DNA of 53,176 nucleotides from positions 1-53,176 of the forward strand of contig JABUSQ010000026.1 in the NCBI GenBank assembly GCA_021442665.1. Reading direction: 5' to 3'. Numbering within the stretch: the first letter of the stretch is position 1; each line of letters opens with the position of its first letter. Shown here one piece after another: positions 8,380-16,119 of the stretch. The notes under the pieces are model-generated. The model did no database searches and was not told where the DNA came from. It saw only the letters and a list, made by a program, of their open reading frames with translations. Both the position numbers and the translations under genes were made by a program. The stretch comes from Oscillospiraceae bacterium. Lineage in GTDB: Bacteria > Bacillota > Clostridia > Oscillospirales > Oscillospiraceae.

Positions 8380-9483
8380 TAATGTCAGCGTTTTTGCAAA
8401 CTGTTTGTTCTTGTACATGGGGTCGTCGGTGACATTTTTAATAACCCGGATGCCGTCGGGAATCTCGGGCTCGTCGCTGCCCGTGTAGCAGAACAGCACT
8501 GCCTTGTCGGAGCAGAAGGGATACACGTCTATCTCATAGCGGCAGCTGTTGTACACAAAGCGGTACTTGGTCTTGCGCACGGCGTGGAAGCTTTCGTCGC
8601 ACTCCATTAGATAGCGTACATATTTCTTCTCGGAGATGGGCTTCTCCGTATCCCAACGGCTGCCGTCGGGAGAGAAATGCTTCTCGTTGTAGAAATACAG
8701 ATAGTCGTCGCCGTTCCTCTGCTGCCGCACACGGCGCTCCTTGTCTTTGGTGGTGTCCCGCAGATAGGTCTGCATCATGTCGATGGCGACTGCGCCGTAC
8801 TTCTCGGTTATATCCGAAAGCAACGGCATGGAGATAAGGAACTTGCTCTTCTTTACCTGCGGTGCGGGCTCGCCCACGATGCGGTATACCTCCTGTATCG
8901 CCCGGCGCATCTTCACCTCAAAGTTTTCGGAGTTGTCAATAATCTTCAGGTTAGGGTGACCCTGCCATGCCCGCAGAGTGCGGTCATCCATCTCCCGTGC
9001 GTATTCGATAGATTCAGTGCGGGCGGCATTGCCCAGATTGTAGGCAAATTCCGCGCCCTTGGCACAGGTTACGAGATGGAGCACGGCATCGTAATTTGCC
9101 AGCACGCTCTGCTCGGTGCGGCCGTCAAAGCGGGAAATGACCTCCGCAAACTCCTCGTCGGATATGTAGGCCTTGTCGTCCATCAGGGCACGGTCGTAGA
9201 TAATGATGATATTATCCTCAGGAACTGTTTCGGCTGCCTGCAGCGCCAGCTTCTCCTTGTGAAGCTGGTCGGCGATGACGAAATCCTGAAACGCCAGCAT
9301 GGACATACAGTTGCCGAAGGGCTTGATGCCGAAGCCGGAAATGAGGTCGGTGGCGCTCTCGGGGATGGTGATGACACGCCAACCGTTCTCTTGCTTGAAC
9401 TCCTTGAGAATACGGCTTATGAGGGTGGTCTTGCCTGCGGCGGGGCCTCCCGTGAGGACTATCTTGGTGACGTTTTTGCTCAT
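8377..9483 (-). CDS. P-loop NTPase (NadR-kinase/AAA_28-like) fused to a CYTH-like (triphosphate tunnel) domain
   Basis: I placed the start at ATG 9483 (MSKNVTKIVLTGGPAAGKTTL, Walker A), which has a GGAGGGT RBS. The C-terminal half has the CYTH pattern (QTYL, RRVRQQ, VRKTKYRF, YEIDVYPF). The N-terminal ExExK strand instead reads KKSKFLI. Confidence 0.65.
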   Translation of the reverse strand: MSKNVTKIVLTGGPAAGKTTLISRILKEFKQENGWRVITIPESATDLISGFGIKPFGNCMSMLAFQDFVIADQLHKEKLALQAAETVPEDNIIIIYDRALMDDKAYISDEEFAEVISRFDGRTEQSVLANYDAVLHLVTCAKGAEFAYNLGNAARTESIEYAREMDDRTLRAWQGHPNLKIIDNSENFEVKMRRAIQEVYRIVGEPAPQVKKSKFLISMPLLSDITEKYGAVAIDMMQTYLRDTTKDKERRVRQQRNGDDYLYFYNEKHFSPDGSRWDTEKPISEKKYVRYLMECDESFHAVRKTKYRFVYNSCRYEIDVYPFCSDKAVLFCYTGSDEPEIPDGIRVIKNVTDDPMYKNKQFAKTLTL

Positions 9484-9484
9484 C

Positions 9485-10138
9485 TTATTTACCCTCCAGA
9501 TGTTCCCTGAACTGGGAAACGGTTTTGAAGTAATGCTCACAGTTTGACCGCATGAAGCTCTCTATCTCGGGGATGTTGTTTGCCCAGCCTGCGGCTGCAA
9601 AGGGAATACCCGCAGCCATAGCCATATCGTAGCCAGGCTTCAGATCGTCGATGGCGAGAACCTCTCCGGGCTTCAGACCGTAGTGCCGGAGTATTTCAAA
9701 AACGGGATGCGGCGAAGGCTTTCTCTCCGAGGGAGGACACTCCCAGCCGAAGACCATGTCGGGCTCCGGAAGCCCGTTTTCACGGTAATCACGGAGAATG
9801 TTGTCTCCGTAGGAGTGGGAGATGACGCAGAGCTTCACCCCGGCATTTTTCTGTGCCCACAGCAGCTCGCGTATTCCCTCATAGCTCCTGGGAACATGGC
9901 GCTGAACGTAAGCATTCCAGTATTCCTGCTCCTCCAGCATCATTTTGTCATCAAGTCCGATGGAGCGGAAGAGAGTCACAATACCGGGATCGAAGTTAAG
10001 ACGGAAATAATCCTCAAGCGAATAGTTCACATGGGGGAAAAATTGCCGTGTGTATTCCACGAAACAGGGATAATGTACCGTGGCGGTGCTGTTGACGACG
10101 GTGTCATCGTGATCGAGAATGAGACAGGAATATTTCAT
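9485..10138 (-). CDS. HAD-superfamily phosphatase
   Basis: 217 aa. Motif I LILDHDDTVV and motif IV-like AIDDLKPG. GGGGGAG RBS. The stop lies 1 nt from the downstream start. Confidence 0.8.
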   Translation of the reverse strand: MKYSCLILDHDDTVVNSTATVHYPCFVEYTRQFFPHVNYSLEDYFRLNFDPGIVTLFRSIGLDDKMMLEEQEYWNAYVQRHVPRSYEGIRELLWAQKNAGVKLCVISHSYGDNILRDYRENGLPEPDMVFGWECPPSERKPSPHPVFEILRHYGLKPGEVLAIDDLKPGYDMAMAAGIPFAAAGWANNIPEIESFMRSNCEHYFKTVSQFREHLEGK

Positions 10139-10234
10139 GCAGCTCCCCCTTGACTATAATAATACCATTTGATTATATTGTAGAACTGTGAAATTGTCAA
10201 ATACAGATACATCTGCTGAGCAGCAATCAAAAGG

Positions 10235-10262
10235 AAAAAGCTCCCCTGCCGGGGAGCTTTTT
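10235..10262 (-). terminator. Intrinsic terminator of the enoate reductase gene
   Basis: Stem aaaaagctcccc / ggggagcttttt with loop tgcc. There is a U-run on the minus-strand reading. It lies 23 nt after the stop at 10285. Confidence 0.65.
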
Positions 10263-10284
10263 GTATGTAGGTTTCCGTATGGAC

Positions 10285-12348
10285 TCAGATGCCCATGCAG
10301 ACGTCCCATGCGCGCCAGATAGCGGTACGCAGGTTGCCGACAGCAACACAGTCGCCGACACGGTGGATGTTCTTGCCCTTGCCGCCAACGGGCTGGGGAA
10401 CGAAGCCGATGCCGTTTACGATGTTGTCGTACTCCAGCTCGAACACATTCTTGCCATCCTTGGAGGCGACAACAACGGTGTTCTCCTTGATCTCACGGAT
10501 GGTGTGCTCCAGATAGGTGGGAACCTTGTGGAATGCAAGCACGTCACGGAGGAAGGATGCGTTGGAAAGGCAGACGTTCTGTGCGGGAACGAGGTCGCGG
10601 GCATACTCTACGATCATGGGGTGCTTGCCCTGCAGGACCATTTCGTATGCAGCTTCGCAGGCAGACTGACCGCCGCCGAAGAACAGAACCTTGTCGCCCA
10701 CGGGCTTCTTATCCTTCAGGAGGTCGGTGAAGGTGAGGCACTTCTCGAAGCCGGGGATAGCCATCTTTCTGGGAACTGCGCCGGTGGCAACGATGATCTC
10801 GTCAAAGCTGCGGGCGATGACACCCAGATCGTTAATCTCAGTGTTGAAGCGGAATTCGATGCCGGCCTTCTTGACTTCGTTCTCATACCATGCGATGAGC
10901 TTCTTGTCGTTTTCCTTAAAGCTCATTGCAGAAGCGGTGAGGAACAGACCGCCGATGCGATCGTTCTTCTCAAAGACAACGGGATGATGTCCGCGCTGCT
11001 TGAGAACCAGTGCGCACTCGCAGCCGCCGATACCGGCGCCGATGATTGCGACCTTCTTGGGCTTCTTGGCGGGAACGATCTTGTAGCGGTTGTGCTGCAT
11101 AGTGGGAGGAGTAAGAGCGCAGCGGCCAAGGTGGAGGGAGTCCTCAAGACCCTGGATATTTGCGGTGCCCTTGTACTTTGCGAAGTTGAAGCAGCCGTTG
11201 TGGCAGCGGATGCAGGGCTTGATCTCGTCTTCCTTGCCTGCCTGAATCTTGAGAATCCACTGAGGATCGACCAGATTCTGACGTGCGAAGGCAACAGCGT
11301 CCAGACGGCCTGCTGCGATTTCCTCTGCAGCGACCTCGGGAGTCATACGGCCTGCACAGGCAACGGGCTTGTCGGTGAACTGCTTTGCCCACTCGACGTC
11401 CTTCAGGTTGCAGTTATCGGGCATGTACTGAGGGGGATGTGCCCAGTACCAGGAGTCATAGGTACCGTTGTCGCAGTTGAAGAAGTCGTAACCCATGTCG
11501 CCGAGGTACTTGATAGCCTTTGCGGACTCTTCGTAGTCACGGCCCCACTCCTCGAACTCCTCACCGGGGACAGCGCCCTGATACCAGCCCTTGCAGTAGG
11601 ACTTGATGGAGTAACGGAGGGATACGGGGAAGTCTGCGCCGGCCTGCTTCTTAATCTCCTGAACGATTTCAACGGGGAAGCGGAAGCGATTCTCGAAGGA
11701 GCCGCCGTACTGGTCGTCACGATGGTTCCAGTTTTCCATGGTGAACTGGTCAAGCAGATAGCCCTCGTGAACAGCGTGAATCTCAACGCCGTCGATGCCT
11801 GCGTCACGCAGCATCTTGGCGGTCTTGCCGAAGGCGAAGACCATGTCCTGAATCTCCTTGACGGTGAGAGGACGGGTGGGAATCTCCTCGGACCAGCGGT
11901 TGGGAGTTGCGGATGCGGAAGCGCAGCTGTACTGAACGTCAACGATGGGGGAGGCAATCTTGTTGAGAACGGGGCTCTTTGCAAGAGCTACCATCCAGGG
12001 GGTAACTGCCATGGAGCGGCCGAAGCCTGCTGCAAGCTGGATAAAGAGCTTGGAGCCGGTCTTGTGGTACTCTTCCATGAAGGGTTTAAGCTCCTTGAAC
12101 ATCTTCTTGTTCTGATAGAGCCAGCGTCTGCCCATGGTATCACGGACACACTGCATACCGGGGAGAACCAGACCTACGCCGTTCTTTGCTCTATCGAGGA
12201 GGAAGTATGCGGCTTCCTTGTCGAAGTGGCAGGGCTCCAGCCAGCCGAAGAGGGAGGTGCCGCCCATAGAACACTGGACTATGCGGTTTTTGATCTCGCA
12301 CTCGCCGATCTTAAAGGGGGTAAAAAGAGGACTATACTTTTCGTTCAT
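10285..12348 (-). CDS. Three-domain enoate reductase / 2,4-dienoyl-CoA-reductase-type NADH:flavin oxidoreductase (OYE FMN domain + [4Fe-4S] + FAD/NAD(P) domain)
   Basis: 687 aa. OYE-like N-terminus (FTPFKIGECEIKNRIVQCSM...GVEIHAVHEGYLLDQF). Cys cluster CIRCHNGC...C. Two Rossmann motifs (VAIIGAGIGGCE, VLFFGGGQSACE). AAAGGAAG RBS. Confidence 0.85.
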   Translation of the reverse strand: MNEKYSPLFTPFKIGECEIKNRIVQCSMGGTSLFGWLEPCHFDKEAAYFLLDRAKNGVGLVLPGMQCVRDTMGRRWLYQNKKMFKELKPFMEEYHKTGSKLFIQLAAGFGRSMAVTPWMVALAKSPVLNKIASPIVDVQYSCASASATPNRWSEEIPTRPLTVKEIQDMVFAFGKTAKMLRDAGIDGVEIHAVHEGYLLDQFTMENWNHRDDQYGGSFENRFRFPVEIVQEIKKQAGADFPVSLRYSIKSYCKGWYQGAVPGEEFEEWGRDYEESAKAIKYLGDMGYDFFNCDNGTYDSWYWAHPPQYMPDNCNLKDVEWAKQFTDKPVACAGRMTPEVAAEEIAAGRLDAVAFARQNLVDPQWILKIQAGKEDEIKPCIRCHNGCFNFAKYKGTANIQGLEDSLHLGRCALTPPTMQHNRYKIVPAKKPKKVAIIGAGIGGCECALVLKQRGHHPVVFEKNDRIGGLFLTASAMSFKENDKKLIAWYENEVKKAGIEFRFNTEINDLGVIARSFDEIIVATGAVPRKMAIPGFEKCLTFTDLLKDKKPVGDKVLFFGGGQSACEAAYEMVLQGKHPMIVEYARDLVPAQNVCLSNASFLRDVLAFHKVPTYLEHTIREIKENTVVVASKDGKNVFELEYDNIVNGIGFVPQPVGGKGKNIHRVGDCVAVGNLRTAIWRAWDVCMGI

Positions 12349-12546
12349 TCGATTCTTCCTTTCTTACTTCTTACTTAATTGCCGGTGCAATATAGTTATG
12401 CGTTAAAAGTATATCACAAGTATCCAAATTGTGCAATACAACACATTTGAAGATTTGTCAATAATAGTGCAAATTTTTTCAAAATTTTGCCGAGGTTTGT
12501 TTTAAAATTTTAAGCAACCCCGTAGCTCGGGAACCGGCTGCGGTAC

Positions 12547-12576
12547 TTGCAATCGGCGACCGGGCTGTAGTATAAT
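12547..12576 (+). promoter_or_regulatory. Candidate sigma-A promoter for the Nif11-like gene
   Basis: TTGCAA (12547-12552), an 18-nt spacer, then TATAAT (12571-12576). It lies 31 nt upstream of the ATG, with an AGGAGGG RBS at 12593-12599. Confidence 0.4.
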
Positions 12577-12606
12577 TGTGCCAAAGGCAAATTAGGAGGG
12601 AAGTAC

Positions 12607-12948
12607 ATGAGCGAAAAAATGAACATAAATGTCAGCAAATTCTTTGCGCGGTACAATTCCGACGAGGCTCTCCGGGAACGTATCCGTATAGCGGAGGAGA
12701 ACTATCCCGGTTCGCTGGAGCTGAGAGAGGCTCTGGCGGAGGATATACTGCTGCCTGTGGCGGAGGAACTGGGTATGCCCTTTACCGTCATGGACCTCTA
12801 TGTATACGAAAGCCGCCTGAAAAGCATGAGACAGGCGGACGAAGAGCAGCCCGAGGATGCGGAGGAAAGACCCGAGGAGGAGTACCGCTACTGGCTTGTG
12901 GACCGTGGCTGGAAGAATGATGAGGCAGCCTTCTGCGGAGATAAATGA
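12607..12948 (+). CDS. Small acidic protein with Nif11-like N-terminal domain
   Basis: 113 aa. FFARYNSDEALRERIRIAEE...LLPVAEELGMPFTVMDL follows the Nif11 helix pattern. Then an acidic stretch, then YRYWLVDRGWKNDEAAFCGDK. Strong RBS and its own terminator. Confidence 0.45.
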   Translation: MSEKMNINVSKFFARYNSDEALRERIRIAEENYPGSLELREALAEDILLPVAEELGMPFTVMDLYVYESRLKSMRQADEEQPEDAEERPEEEYRYWLVDRGWKNDEAAFCGDK

Positions 12949-12954
12949 GAAGGA

Positions 12955-12982
12955 AAATGCGCCCTGAGCGGGTGCATTTTTT
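12955..12982 (+). terminator. Intrinsic terminator
   Basis: Stem aaatgcgccc / gggtgcattt (one G-U pair), short loop, then a T-run. It lies 7 nt after the stop. Confidence 0.55.
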
Positions 12983-13191
12983 ATCGGTTTATGACAGACA
13001 AATTAAGGAAATCGGACTTTTTCAACGAAGCATGGGCCGGAGCTGACAACCGCAGATGCGCCTCGGATGCCAAGATCTCGCTGCTGTAACTTATGCCTGC
13101 GGAGCATGGCTAAGGGCTTCGGATTTGCTGAAATTAATACAAAATTTACATTATTCCCCGCTGAAAAAGAGGACTATCTTATACTATATGG

Positions 13192-13221
13192 TTGAACTTG
13201 TCAATGTAAATGTGGTATAAT
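13192..13221 (+). promoter_or_regulatory. Candidate extended -10 sigma-A promoter for thyA-folA
   Basis: TTGAAC (13192-13197), an 18-nt spacer, then TGgTATAAT (TG at 13213-13214, TATAAT at 13216-13221). It lies 31 nt upstream of the thyA ATG. Confidence 0.45.
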
Positions 13222-13251
13222 AATCTGAATAATCATGCGGAGGGAGCAGCT

Positions 13252-14082
13252 ATGAGCAAAGCAGACGAAATATTCATCCAAAACTGCCGGGACATCATCG
13301 AAAACGGAATATGGGATACCGACCTTGACGTCCGTCCCCGATGGGAAGACGGGCAGGCGGCTCACACTGTGAAAAAATTCGGTGTAGTCAACCGCTACGA
13401 CCTTTCGGAGGAATTCCCCATACTCACCATTCGCCGCACCTACTGGAAAAGCGCCATTGATGAGCTCCTGTGGATATGGCAGGCAAAGAGCAATAATGTA
13501 AACGAGCTGCGCACCAGAGTCTGGGATGCGTGGGCAGACGAAAGCGGCTCCATCGGTAAGGCCTACGGCTATCAGCTCGGCGTGAAGCATCATTATAAAG
13601 AGGGCGACATGGACCAGGTGGACAGAGTTCTCTACGACTTAAAGCACAATCCCGCCTCCCGGCGCATAATGACTAATATCTACAACCACGCAGACCTCAG
13701 TGAGATGGCTCTTTATCCCTGTGCATACTCCATGACCTTCAATGTCAGCGGAAACAGACTCAACGCCATACTCAACCAGCGCTCGCAGGACATGCTTGCC
13801 GCAAACAACTGGAATGTGGTTCAGTACAGTGTGCTGACCATGATGATGGCGCAGGCCTCGGGGCTTGAGGCCGGGGAGCTCGTCCACGTCATTGCCGACG
13901 CACATATCTACGACAGGCACGTCCCTCTCATAGAGGAGATTATAGCCAATGAGCCCAAGGCGGCTCCAAAATTCATTGTGGACAAATCCGTGGACGATTT
14001 CTATAAATTTACCCGGGACAGCTTCAGCCTTGAAGACTATGAGCCGCACGCTTTTGACAAGAAAATACCCGTTGCGGTGTGA
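13252..14082 (+). CDS. thyA: Thymidylate synthase (ThyA)
   Basis: I placed the start at ATG 13252 (MSKADEIFIQNCRDII), which has a GGAGGGA RBS. Catalytic Cys context LYPCAYSMTF. Also NQRSQDML and DAHIYDRH motifs. Confidence 0.9.
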   Translation: MSKADEIFIQNCRDIIENGIWDTDLDVRPRWEDGQAAHTVKKFGVVNRYDLSEEFPILTIRRTYWKSAIDELLWIWQAKSNNVNELRTRVWDAWADESGSIGKAYGYQLGVKHHYKEGDMDQVDRVLYDLKHNPASRRIMTNIYNHADLSEMALYPCAYSMTFNVSGNRLNAILNQRSQDMLAANNWNVVQYSVLTMMMAQASGLEAGELVHVIADAHIYDRHVPLIEEIIANEPKAAPKFIVDKSVDDFYKFTRDSFSLEDYEPHAFDKKIPVAV

Positions 14083-14091
14083 GGAGAAAAA

Positions 14092-14577
14092 ATGGACGCA
14101 ATAGTCGCAGTATTTTCCGATTGGGGCATCGGAGCCAAGGGTACACAGCAGCTTGTACTCAAAGCCGACAGAGCCCGTTTTGTGGAGCTTACCCGGGGCA
14201 AAACCGTCATCGTGGGGCGCAAAACTCTCGGCGACTTCCCCGGTGGAAGACCGCTTAAAAACCGGCGAAATATCGTCATAACCCGTCAGTGCACGGAAAT
14301 CGAAGGAGCAGAACCGGCACACGGCGTGGAGGAGGCAATCGCTATGGTCGGCGATGAGCCCTGCATGATACTGGGCGGAGCCGGAGTGTTCCGTGATTTC
14401 TTCCCACACATGGACAGAGTCTATGTCACAAAGATAGACGCAGCTCCCGTATCCGACTCCTTCTTTCCCAATCTGGACGCAGACCCTGCATGGAGCATCA
14501 CCGAGGACAGCGGCGAGCTCAATGAGGACGGCGTCAGCTACCGTTTTTTATGCTACGAAAGGAAACAGGAAGAATGA
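14092..14577 (+). CDS. folA: Dihydrofolate reductase
   Basis: 161 aa. IVAVFSDWGIGAKG, VIVGRKTLGDFP and LKNRRNIVITR. It lies immediately downstream of thyA. Confidence 0.9.
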   Translation: MDAIVAVFSDWGIGAKGTQQLVLKADRARFVELTRGKTVIVGRKTLGDFPGGRPLKNRRNIVITRQCTEIEGAEPAHGVEEAIAMVGDEPCMILGGAGVFRDFFPHMDRVYVTKIDAAPVSDSFFPNLDADPAWSITEDSGELNEDGVSYRFLCYERKQEE

Positions 14578-15191
14578 AAAAGACCCTTGCGATAATATTT
14601 ATAACCACCGTAATGCTCATACTCTGTGCCTGCGGCATGGGAGTGGAGCCCCTTGAGCCCGACGAGGCTCCCGTGGAGGTCGTCGTTGCCGAGGGGGATT
14701 GCTTCGCCGTTTACTCCATTACCGGAGAGGACGGCATAGAAAAATACAGCTACGAGGTCAGAACTCAGGACGGCGAGGTAATGGAGCGTGTCATGTGCCT
14801 TGAAAAGCCCCGCTTTGCTGAAATAAACAAGGACCTGGTGGGTCTGCGCTTCTCCGCCAACGACCACATTTTCAGCCGCTATTTTGACGTTAAAAACGGC
14901 GTAATTTCTGAGTCCTTCAAGAACGCTTTCTGGGACAACGGGGTGCTTGTTGCCCGTCACGATTACGCCAACGGCCATTATTTCGTGGTGGAGAGCATCT
15001 TCGGAGACGACTATGAGTACACAGTGAAGGTGGAGAGCCTGTCATGGCTAATTACCGTCCTCGGCGTTGAGACCGTGAACGACGGCGCAGCCATCGAGGT
15101 GACCTTTGTTCACGGCGACGGCAGCGATTCCCACGAGAAGGTGGATACCGTGGTGCTGCCTGTTACCGAAGAACAAGTTAACGAAAATTAA
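14574..15191 (+). CDS. Putative lipoprotein of unknown function
   Basis: I placed the start at ATG 14574, overlapping the folA stop (ATGA). MKKTLAIIFITTVMLILCACG carries a lipobox-like LCAC. I recognised no other motif. Confidence 0.55.
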   Translation: MKKTLAIIFITTVMLILCACGMGVEPLEPDEAPVEVVVAEGDCFAVYSITGEDGIEKYSYEVRTQDGEVMERVMCLEKPRFAEINKDLVGLRFSANDHIFSRYFDVKNGVISESFKNAFWDNGVLVARHDYANGHYFVVESIFGDDYEYTVKVESLSWLITVLGVETVNDGAAIEVTFVHGDGSDSHEKVDTVVLPVTEEQVNEN

Positions 15192-15209
15192 CCTTAGGAG
15201 GTTCCGCTT

Positions 15210-15413
15210 ATGCAAAACAAAAAGCTTCACAGATCAAACAGACAGAAAATGATTGCGGGAGTATGCGGAGGACTGGCAGAGTATTTTGACATGGACGTAA
15301 CGATTGTTCGCCTTGCATGGGTCGGCCTGAGTCTTGTGGTAGGCAGCGGTATTCTGGCGTACATAATCTGCCTCATCATTATCCCCGCAGATACGGGTAC
15401 AGGAGTGTATTAA
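15210..15413 (+). CDS. PspC-domain small membrane protein
   Basis: 67 aa. KMIAGVCGGLAEYFDMDVTIVRLAWV is the PspC signature, followed by one TM segment. Confidence 0.8.
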   Translation: MQNKKLHRSNRQKMIAGVCGGLAEYFDMDVTIVRLAWVGLSLVVGSGILAYIICLIIIPADTGTGVY

Positions 15414-15414
15414 T

Positions 15415-16119
15415 ATGCTGAGAATAGAACATCTTACAAAAAAATACGGTGACAGCAAGGCCGTGGACGACCTCAGTCTGCACATTGCCCCCGGCGAAAT
15501 TTACGGCTTCATCGGCCACAACGGCGCAGGCAAGACCACAACTCTGAAATCCGTAGTCGGCATCCTGAAATTCGACGAGGGCGAGATATACGTAGACGGA
15601 GTATCCGTCAAGACCTCCCCCCTTGAATGCAAGAAAATGCTCGCCTACATCCCCGACAACCCCGACCTCTACGAATTTATGACGGGCATACAGTATCTCA
15701 ACTTTATCGCCGACATCTTCGGTGTGGAGGCTCAGGTGCGCACCGAGCGCATCCGCAGATATGCGGACACCTTTGAGATAACCGAAGACCTTGCCCAGCC
15801 GCTCAGCGCCTACTCACACGGCATGAAGCAGAAGCTTGCCATCATATCCGCCCTGATACATGAGCCGAGGCTCATAATCATGGACGAGCCATTTGTGGGT
15901 CTTGACCCCAAGGCAGCCCACACGCTCAAGGGCATCATGCGTGAGCTGTGCGAAGCGGGCTGCGCCATCTTCTTCTCCACCCATGTGCTGGAGGTCGCCG
16001 AGAAGCTATGTGACAAGGTGGCTATAATCAAGGGCGGAAAGCTTGTGGTGGCAGGCACCATGGAAGAGGTCAAGGGTGACACTTCCCTTGAAGAGGTGTT
16101 CCTTGAACTGGAGGAATGA
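15415..16119 (+). CDS. ABC transporter ATP-binding protein
   Basis: Walker A GHNGAGKTT, signature YSHGMKQKL and Walker B LIIMDEP. Starts 1 nt after the pspC-domain gene stop. Confidence 0.9.
   Translation: MLRIEHLTKKYGDSKAVDDLSLHIAPGEIYGFIGHNGAGKTTTLKSVVGILKFDEGEIYVDGVSVKTSPLECKKMLAYIPDNPDLYEFMTGIQYLNFIADIFGVEAQVRTERIRRYADTFEITEDLAQPLSAYSHGMKQKLAIISALIHEPRLIIMDEPFVGLDPKAAHTLKGIMRELCEAGCAIFFSTHVLEVAEKLCDKVAIIKGGKLVVAGTMEEVKGDTSLEEVFLELEE

Noticed and set aside
10261-12378. 705-aa plus-strand ORF opposite the enoate reductase gene.
   Set aside because: It is a shadow ORF covering exactly the span of a well-supported minus-strand gene. I recognised no motif and no RBS. The same reasoning removes 7473-8360(-), 39523-40401(-), 42605-43522(-), 44558-45610(-), 48485-49477(-), 13639-14409(-), 29108-31078(+), 31808-32575(+) and 38513-39469(+).
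12983-13191. Possible folate/THF riboswitch or other structured leader in the roughly 270-nt region upstream of thyA-folA. It contains a CCGCAG...CTGCGG pairing and duplicated AGCATGG and C(C/T)TCGGAT words.
   Set aside because: I cannot match it to the THF riboswitch sequence as I remember it. The best promoter (13192-13221) lies downstream of the region, so it is probably not transcribed with thyA. An Rfam scan would settle it.
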